Positions 22,916 to 31,407 of a stretch of DNA of 34,860 nt are shown in pieces; the first letter of the stretch is position 1; each line of letters begins with the position of its first letter. Under the pieces are notes generated by a model. The model saw only the letters and a program-made list of their open reading frames with translations, did not search any database and had not been told where the DNA came from. The stretch spans positions 1-34,860 of the forward strand of contig JANNYQ010000057.1 of assembly GCA_031410215.1 (NCBI GenBank), in the 5' to 3' direction. The stretch comes from Candidatus Altimarinota bacterium (GTDB lineage: Bacteria; Patescibacteriota; Gracilibacteria; BD1-5; UBA2023). The position numbers and the translations under genes were made by a program.

Positions 22916-25900
22916 CTATTTAGAAAGTTTTGCCTCGATAGCATCGAGTCGCTTCTTGAGTGACTCATTCTCTGATCTGAGAGCAATTATATCAGCTTTG
23001 TTTGACTTGACTATGGTAGCGAGCTCTTTGATAGCCTCGATCACTGGAGCGATGAGATGTCCATACTCGACATTTTTGTATGTCTTCTTAGAGTCTGGAT
23101 CCGTGTATTCTCATACTGCATCAGGGAATATTTTCTCTACCTCTTGAGCGATGAGTCCGAGATCTTTTTTATCATCTTTTTTCCACTTAAAGTAATATCC
23201 ATTCATCGCCGTGACCTTGTCGAGAGATGATGTGATTTTGACGAGGTCTTTTTTGAGACGAGCATCTGAGATATAGTAATAGGCTGGAGAGTTCATGTAG
23301 GCACCGGCCTGTATGATCGAGTCTACGTACATATATTTTCATCCGTAGCTGCGTATCCACGTAGGATCGCTCATCCACCACCCTCATCCATAGCTCTGAG
23401 AGTACCACCCAGCATTGCCATTGGATCTGAACCATCCATTGTTGTATATCTCATTTCCCGTTATAGATCCATTAGCATTGATATTTCCCATGTTATTCTG
23501 ACCACCATTAGTATCCCAATATACCATCCAGCTCCCATATCCATTGAGGAATCACATCACATTGGAGTTCGCATGGATAGACTTGGGTCATCCAGCTGAT
23601 TCGTCAGTATCAGGCATAAAGAATCGTGAAGAGGTAGTTCCAGCAGAGCCATCTGCTACTCTCGCACTATCGACACGTACCCCATAGGTACTCCCTCCAT
23701 TCCATCACATGAGTGTAGGGTAGCTCGCTGACCATGGTGCTGATGAATCAGTATTGCTGATAGCTCCTCCAGCAGGTGACGTACTAGCAGAAGCATCGAT
23801 GATGACATGACCATTTCCATAGTTCTTCCATCTCATATATTGAGAGGTACCTATATCGAGAGTAGAGTCAACCCGAGCGGTATCACCGAGTGACTTTGCT
23901 GTGACTCCAGCCCATGTGACAGATGATGTAGCCGTCTGCCAACTCGCAAGTCCTGATGCATCTGAGGTGAGGACTTTGCCAGCTCCTGGTGCACCTCCTG
24001 TGATCTGTAGAGTACCATTGGCTACGATATTTTTTGCTGCAAAGTTCTCATATCCAGTACCTGGATTATCGAACGTACGGATAGCTCCATCAGATCCCAT
24101 ACCGATCTGACTCGCGACCCTCCCTGCCCAGTGAAATGATACTCTCGGAGCCTCAGATACTACTGCTGACTGGGCTCAGGCAAAGTTGAGCTCTCGTACC
24201 TCGAGTGCCGCATTGGAGTATGATGAGCTATTGGTGGCGGAGGCCATCTGCCAGTCTCCAGCAGCATCATTGCGGTGAAAATTGGATGGATTGATACCTC
24301 ATGCAAGTGTAGAGTTAGCTGCAAGTGTCGTACTATCTGATAGATCGACTCGTCCATTGGTATTGGCATCACAGCTACTACCATATCCACTCTCACATCC
24401 GACTTCGAACATACGTACACGACCAGTGACATTGTTTGCGGCAAATGCTGGAGCACCTGTGATACCTGTCCATGGAACTGATGAGGCAGCTCATGGGGTG
24501 ATCCAACTCGCGAGACCCGCTGCATCTGAGGTGAGTACTTTGCCTGCACCAGGAAGACCTCCAGTGATCTTGACTTGTCCTGCTACTTCTAGTTTGGCTC
24601 ATGGAGTCGTAATACCGATACCGACATTACCATTGGTCAATAGAGTCATGACGCTATTACCATATCATGCAAATAGTACTAATGGATGCGAACTCTCAGT
24701 ACCTATGCTACCAGCTCATCATGCAATAGGCCAAGATGAGTGACTAAATATTCCGGTTTTTACTCCTGCTGTATTTTCTGTTGCGAGGATTTTTGCGGTA
24801 CCTGCTCAATTGACATCCAATACTCTTCCCCAACCCTGAACATTGCTCGGAGTTGCTGTGCCGATACCTATATTCCCACTCGTTCCATAGATCCAGTTCC
24901 CTATAGAGAGTTGATTGGATCCAGTAGCAAATAATACCTGTGCATTGCTACCTATAGCGATATTGGATGATCCCGTAGTGATATATATACCTGCAGATCT
25001 TCAGATAGCAGTATTATCACTTCCTGTGGTGTTGTATCCGAGAGCATAGATACCATTGGCAGTATTATTAGCTCCACTTGTATTGAATCCTAGAGAAAAT
25101 GCACCATAACCAGCATTATAGTCTGCGTTATTTTGATAGAGTGACTGATATCCATAAGCACTATTGGCACCGCCTGAAGCATTTCCATAGAGAGATTGAA
25201 ATCCATAAGCGGTATTAGCACTTCCTATGCTATTAGCAAGAAGTGCTCAGACACCATTGGCAGTATTATGGTTTCCTGTAGTATTACTATAGAGAGATTG
25301 AAGTCAATTTGCAGTATTGAAGTTCCCTGTAGTATTTTGAGCAAGTGCATATGCTCCATTTGCAGAATTCTGTATTCCAGTGGTATTATTCGTGAGTGCC
25401 CGAAATCCGATCGCCGTACTCTCTGAGGCGAGATTTTGCCAGAGAGCTCAGAACCCAACAGCTGTATTACCAGCACCAGTAACATTGTACATGAGAGCAT
25501 TTACACCATTTGCGGTATTCTGGTTTCCTGTGGTATTGGAGAAGAGAGCATAGACTCCATTCGCAGTGTTACTGACTCCTGTAGTATTGGCATAGAGAGC
25601 AGAGTCTCCATCGGCAGTATTCTGAACTCCTGTGGTATTGAATCTGAGGGTAGACATTCCATTTGCAGTGTTACTACCTCCGGTGGTATTGGTGTAGAGA
25701 GAATACACTCCATTCGCGGTGTTATAGTTTCCCGTGGTGTTAGAGAAGAGAGCAGATTGTCCATTTGCGGTATTGCTGACTCCTGTGGTATTAGACTGGA
25801 GAGCAGATTGTCCATTTGCGGTATTATAGTTTCCAGCAGTGTTGGATTGGAGAGCAGAGACTCCATTCGCAGTGTTGGAGCTTCCCACGGTGTTGTACTG

Positions 25901-27064
25901 GAGAGCAGAGACTCCATTCGCAGTGTTGTATCCCCCGGTGGTATTAGTAACCAGAGCATTGATACCATAACACGTATTGCTAGATCCACTTCCAGGACAT
26001 ACTTGTCACGATGTTGTCGCTATCCAACTCGCGAGACCAGTTGCATCACTCGTGAGGACTTTTCCGACTCATGGTGTCCCTCCGGTGATCTTCACCTGTC
26101 CTGCTACTTCGAGCTTGGCACCTGGAGTCGTAGTTCCGATACCGACATTTCACCCGGCGGCATTGATCGCGACAGCGGTATACGGAGAGTCTGACTGGAT
26201 GTTGTATATACCAGCTGCATCGATACCTGTCCAGTACTTGCGGACACCCCCGATCAGCCATTCCATATAGTTGTATGTGGTACCACTTGTCTTGTTGAGT
26301 CTGAGGAGATTGTCCTGTGTTCCTGCTATCTCGAGCTTGGCTCCTGGAGTGTTTGTTCCGATACCGACACTGCCTGTACTCGCCTGTATCACATTGGCTC
26401 CTGAAAGTCCCCAAGTAGTATTGTTCGCTGGAGTACCTGCCGAGGTCTTCACACAGTAGAGGAGAGCTACGTTGCGGGGACGAGTTTCAGTACCTGTACG
26501 AGGCGTTCAGTTTACTCAATCTGATATTGGTCATGCGGTGTTATAGGGTAGTAATCCAGTATAAAACTGACCACCTCATCCAGTCACATTCCATCAGCTC
26601 ACAAGATTTCAAAGTATGTTGCTAGTTGTATGGATATGCCCCTGCATAGTATCAGTCTGAGTACTCGCGAGTACTCGGCCAGTATCGACTCCCCGACCAT
26701 TGTCCCATCATCTGATGAACTCACCCCTGAGATCAGGATTGCCACCAGTACCATCTGCCGGTGACCATCCTGATGGACATGATGCGAGGTTGAACGCTGA
26801 TATCGTCCCTATCGGTGCCTCAGCTCCAGTTCATGATCCTCAGGCAGTACAGAGTAGTATCCCAGTCGGTGAGAATCCCCTCACTACATCTCATCCGCTA
26901 CATCCACTGGTGTTAAACATGTTGGTGAAGTACCCATTGAACGTACCACTTCATACTTCTCCACTAGGCGTCGTAGATGGATATGGGATGGCTGATACCA
27001 TCGGTGTGAGCATGAGAGCTACAACGAATGAGAGGAGCGAGAGGAGTGAGATATATATTCGCAT
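22916..27064 (-). CDS. Giant secreted tail-fibre-like protein B (1382 aa) with a tail-collar-type segment and a C-terminal S74 intramolecular chaperone
   Basis: One frame to TAG 22916. Signal peptide, PDLRGEFIRGWDNGRGVD...ETRPRNVALLYCVK, 18-aa repeats, and SDARLKKD...LGLIAQEVEKIFPDAV...VIEAIKEL followed by a coiled coil. Confidence 0.88.
24950..25985 (-). repeat. Tandem ~54 bp (18-aa) repeats, consensus NTANGxSALxSNTTGxx
   Basis: CCATT(C/T)GC(A/G)GT(A/G)TT recurs every 54 bp. The array is homogeneous at 25450-25960 and more degenerate at 24950-25440. Confidence 0.9.
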
Positions 27065-27107
27065 ACTGGGATGATTAGAGAAATATGGAAGCAGTGAGAG
27101 GAACTCG

Positions 27108-28493
27108 CTATCTCGACTCGGCGAATCATGGAGGAGGATCAGTGAGGATAGCTGGATCATACTCTATGATCATGACAGCATCTTTGATCTTTGCTACACT
27201 TGATCTCTGCGTTGGGAGTGATGATTGACTAGTGATGAGCGGATTGTAGGTACGGAAATAGTCCCAATCATAGGAGTAGACATTGGCCTGGTTACACCCT
27301 ACTACGAGTGCAGGACAGATAGGTGGAGTCTGTTGAGATCCACCGATTGTATTCTTGGATGCCATGAGTCCTCGTATATAGAGTTGATTCTGTGGGATAT
27401 TCCATATACCCGTATTACTGTATTTGATTATAGGTGCTACTGATGATGCCTTGTCTCCTGAGAATATACTCCCCTCAGCATAGAGATACGCATAGATACG
27501 CTTCACCTGATCACTGATGACGATATTGCCTCCATTTCCTGTGATAGGATCCTTGAGAGCGATGAGTCCGATAGTACGATTGGCCCAGAGGAGTGAGTTC
27601 ACATCGACATCATTGATGACGATATCTCAGCCGATGACGATGAGAGATCTCTTCCCTGCTGTGAGGTATGGAGTGAGACTCGAGAGCTCGATACGCAGAT
27701 CAGATCATTTTCTGATTATAAAATCAAATTTAGTATCTGTACTGACAGGATCAAGATCACTATCACTGATATTTCTACTCATGAGTGCTATATTTTTGCG
27801 AATCATATTAAGGATATTCGCATGATTGATTGACTTGTAGCTGTATCCAACATCCTGATTGACTACTCCGTTGTTCTGGACTGAGAACACTCGTGACCCT
27901 GCGATATTCCCCACAATCGCGATCTTGGAGACGAAGTTGATCGGCACACCCGCTAGTGGATCGACGATAGTAGTCGGAGTCGGGAGTAGAGATCCAGATA
28001 CACTCGTCCACATAGGGATCCATCCGAGCGACCTGCTCCAGCCCCATCACTCGATATTACCGGTATTCGGATTAAAATAAGTACCTGAGCTCGTCCCCCC
28101 AATATCTGTAGCTGAGAATGCTATCCATCCAGCATTCTGACTCCAGGCGTACCCACTCATAGGACACAGCTGAGTGGCACCAGTCCATATCGTAGTAGGG
28201 CATACTATCTGTGCGGTGGAGCCTGCTACACCATGAGAAAATGATACCCATCAGACATTGCCGAGCCAGAATGCTCCAGAGAGAGTACCATCAGACAGGA
28301 TAGTGCCGCTCCCGACATCAAAATTGACTCTTCCAGGATATCCACCACCAGTATAGCTCGTACCACCATTACCACTCCACCCATTATTGATAGGAAAAAT
28401 CCCCCTGAGAGAGATGGTAGGATTCGAGAGAGCGACGAGAGCTCCGATAGAGAACAAGCTGATCAAAAGAGCGACGAATATCTTGCCTTTCAT
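27108..28493 (-). CDS. Secreted CPR-type protein (461 aa), possibly pilus- or surface-fibre-associated
   Basis: Signal peptide MKGKIFVALLISLFSIGALVA, GAFWLGNVGWVSF / GYAWSQNAGWIAF repeats, a beta-helix-like IYAYLYAEGSIF..QLYIRGLMASKNTIGG segment and a terminal YDP..L..PPPGF. Joined across TGAs to TAG. Confidence 0.8.
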
Positions 28494-28517
28494 AGAATAT
28501 AGATATGATTAGATCGC

Positions 28518-28545
28518 ATTGTATGTGGTAGACTACAAAAATCAA
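28518..28545 (-). promoter_or_regulatory. Candidate promoter of the fibre locus
   Basis: Minus strand TTGATT-16 bp-TACAAT. Confidence 0.45.
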
Positions 28546-28600
28546 AAAAAATCACTTCACAAAGTAGAAACAAAATGTATTGTATAACTCTTGTATTCAT

Positions 28601-29371
28601 ATGCACATATTCGATCTCTCGATATACGGTCTGCGTATAGCTCCAACGTGGTATGGACTCTCCTATGCTCTGGGATTTATTATTTGTTATTTCTTCGTGA
28701 GACGGTTCTATACTTTCAGCAAAAAAGAGCATATAGATACCCTCCTCTCATATATATTCGTAGGAATTATACTAGGTGGACGACTCGGCTATGTACTGCT
28801 CTACAATTTATCTTACTTTATAGAGCATCCTATCAATGTTATAAAAATCTGGGAATGAGGTATGAGTTTCCATGGAGGATTCATATGAGTAGTCATCACT
28901 GTATATCTTTTTGCGAAGCGGTACTCATACGGATTCTGGTCACTCATCGACACGCTCGCCGTGATCATACCAGTAGCACTCGGGCTCGGACGCATGGGCA
29001 ATTGGGTCAATCAGGAACTCCCAGGATATAGCCCATATGATGGGGTATATCCGATGATGATCGACGGAGTATGACACTTCCCTTCTCCACTCCTCGAGAT
29101 GCTCCTGGAGGGTATAGTATTACTCATCGTGATGTTGATTTCATGGAGATTTTTGAGCAAAAAAAATCCATGATTACTCTCAGGAATTTTCCTGATTGGA
29201 TATAGTATAGCTCGGATCACCTGAGAACAATATCGTCTCCCTGATGCTCATATCGGATATCTCATCTCGACTGATTGGCTGACACTCGGGATACTCTACA
29301 CACTACCAATGTTGGGGTATGGTTTATATTTGACCTACACCTCTACTCGATCTCGCCCTGGGAGCAGATAG
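28601..29371 (+). CDS. lgt: Prolipoprotein diacylglyceryl transferase
   Basis: WYGLSY, GGRLGYV, WE(TGA=G)GMSFHGG, GLGRMGNWVNQEL and HFPSPLLE. Ends in TAG. Confidence 0.93.
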
Positions 29372-29844
29372 CCCACCATACTCCAATTCTTGATAGAGAT
29401 GAATTGATTCCACTGACGTACCCGAGTATCATATTCTGAGAGCTCACTACGGATAGTGCGATCGTATCCCATCACGAATTCACGGATATAGATGAAGTAG
29501 GCATCTCGCTGGAGCTCTGGGATAGCCATCGATAGCCGCATGAGGAATCCATATTGATCATTGATACGAGCATTGTGCTCGAGAAGCATGGGAATACTAT
29601 CATATTCACGGATGATGGCCTCAGAGTGGAGGCGAGTCATGAGGTCGAACGCGAGATGCTCATCGACGACATGAGGACGCATCACTTCGATGACGGCTGG
29701 GATCTTTGCGATCTTCTGGATAAATAGTGATATCACCCGTGACTCTCTCTCTCGTATACGGCGAGTGAGGACGATATAGGTAGTGATATATATAGCAAGG
29801 AGCACGAGGATGAGAGCGATGATCGCTATGAAGATTGGATTCAT
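29335..29844 (-). CDS. LemA-like membrane-anchored protein
   Basis: N-terminal TM, KIAKIPAVIE, IPELQ and YDTRVRQWNQF follow the LemA pattern. Confidence 0.6.
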   Translation of the reverse strand: MNPIFIAIIALILVLLAIYITTYIVLTRRIRERESRVISLFIQKIAKIPAVIEVMRPHVVDEHLAFDLMTRLHSEAIIREYDSIPMLLEHNARINDQYGFLMRLSMAIPELQRDAYFIYIREFVMGYDRTIRSELSEYDTRVRQWNQFISIKNWSMVGYLLPGRDRVEV

Positions 29845-29850
29845 ATCATG

Positions 29851-29915
29851 AGTATATATAGAGCTCTAGAGAAATCAAGCAAACAATTTGCAAAAAGAAT
29901 ATCAGTCTATATACT
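29851..29915. promoter_or_regulatory. Back-to-back promoters, both probably leaderless
   Basis: Minus strand: TTGATT-16-TATACT-6 nt-ATG (29844). Plus strand: TTGCAA-16-TATACT-6 nt-ATG (29922). Confidence 0.55.
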
Positions 29916-29921
29916 CACCCT

Positions 29922-31328
29922 ATGTCCAAAGTCTACATCCAAAAACTACTACTTACCAGTATCCTAGAGATTAGCGGTGTCACACTCGCATTTTTTATCG
30001 CGTATTCCCTACGACTGATGCGGGATTGGATCCCATTCGTACAGTTACCGATTCCATATATATCCTATGAGCAATTCGTACCATTTGTCATATCTGGAAT
30101 GATTGCCTGGTGTATCATATTCGTCCGCTGATGACTCTACTCACTCAGGGCACATACTCCTATTGTCGAGGAGATCCGTCTCGTGCTGACTTATAGTTTT
30201 TTTTGGTTTTTTGTCTATATCGGATTCGTATATTTGGCTCGGGGATTCATTTTTTCGACGGAGATCCCTCGTCTTATCATACTCTATACTTATATCATTG
30301 CGACCACTATATCAATATTAGTGAGATATACTATATATACCCTATATAGTATATTGTACACCAAGAAAAAAATAAAAAAAGAACTCATACTCGTCATCAC
30401 GACCGAAGAGAATAAACATGAAATATCAGAAGATACTTGTTACTCATATAGATATATCGATCCAGGAGACAGTCTAGAAATAGAGAATATCATTCGCACA
30501 CAACAACTCGAGTGTATCATCTATCTCGGAGATCACGGAGAACTGGGAAATATATTCACCCTAGCAAGGATATACGGTATAACACTGCTCTACCCTCAGA
30601 TATCTAGGTATACACCGCTGAGTCAAGCAAGAGAAAACTGGATTGGTGGAATCCCGATGATAGAGCTCAGAGCCGTAGCCATCACTGCATGGTGACGGAT
30701 CGTCAAGAGAATGGCAGATATCATCATATCTACAATACTACTTATTATACTCCTACCTGTATTTCTGATTATATCAATATGTATATGGATCAATGATCCC
30801 TCCGGACCAATCATCTATCGCAATAGACGAATCGGACAGTATGGAGGTATATTTGCACTCTACAAGTTCCGATATATGTACTGGCAATATTGCACCAAAG
30901 AAGAATATGGAATCACGGATGATGCGATGGCATATGAGGAACAACTCAAGAAAGAGAAAAATACCCGAAAGTGACCACTCTACAAAATAGAAAATGATCC
31001 GAGAAAAATGTGATTCGGTCATATCATCGAACGCCTATCTATCGATGAGCTCCCGCAACTCTACAATGTCCTCAAGGGGGATATGTCACTCATATGACCA
31101 CGACCACATCAACCTCGTGAGATCGAGCTCTATGATGAGGCAGACAAGCAGGTTCTCACAATCAGACCAGGCATAACAGGCATGGCTCAAGTATACGGTC
31201 GAGACAAGAACACGTTCCGAGAAGAGATAACACTTGACACTTACTATATCGAGCACTACTCAACATCTCTCGATCTTGCTATATTGTTGCGTACCATCCT
31301 CGTAGTCATACAGAGAGTCTGGAAATAG
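29922..31328 (+). CDS. Exopolysaccharide biosynthesis polyprenyl glycosylphosphotransferase (WcaJ/CpsE-type sugar transferase)
   Basis: N-terminal TMs, then KRMADI, GPIIY, YKFRYM, NDPR, SIDELPQLYNVLKGDMSLI(G)PRP, RPGITGMAQV and LDTYYIE. Confidence 0.92.
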
Positions 31329-31370
31329 GATACACTTGCAAAATACGGAAAAATGGATACATTTGTATCG

Positions 31371-31404
31371 AATTGTTAATTTTTAATTTTTAATTGTTAA
31401 TTAG
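31371..31404 (+). repeat. Short 7 bp tandem repeat AATT(G/T)TT x~5
   Basis: aattgtt aattttt aattttt aattgtt aattag lies directly before the valS ATG. Confidence 0.6.
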
Positions 31405-31407
31405 AGT

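Noticed and set aside
22916-24100. True shufflon (DNA inversion system)
   Set aside because: Only a PilV-like protein motif is seen. There are no inverted sfx-type sites, no opposite-strand silent cassettes and no recombinase in the window.
25450-25960. CRISPR array (also considered for the 42 bp repeats at 3878-4876)
   Set aside because: Periods are codon multiples within an ORF, there are no unique spacers, and no cas genes are present.
17911-27064. Prophage or tailocin
   Set aside because: No integrase, capsid, terminase, sheath, baseplate or lysis genes. The proteins have signal peptides and host-like TGA usage.
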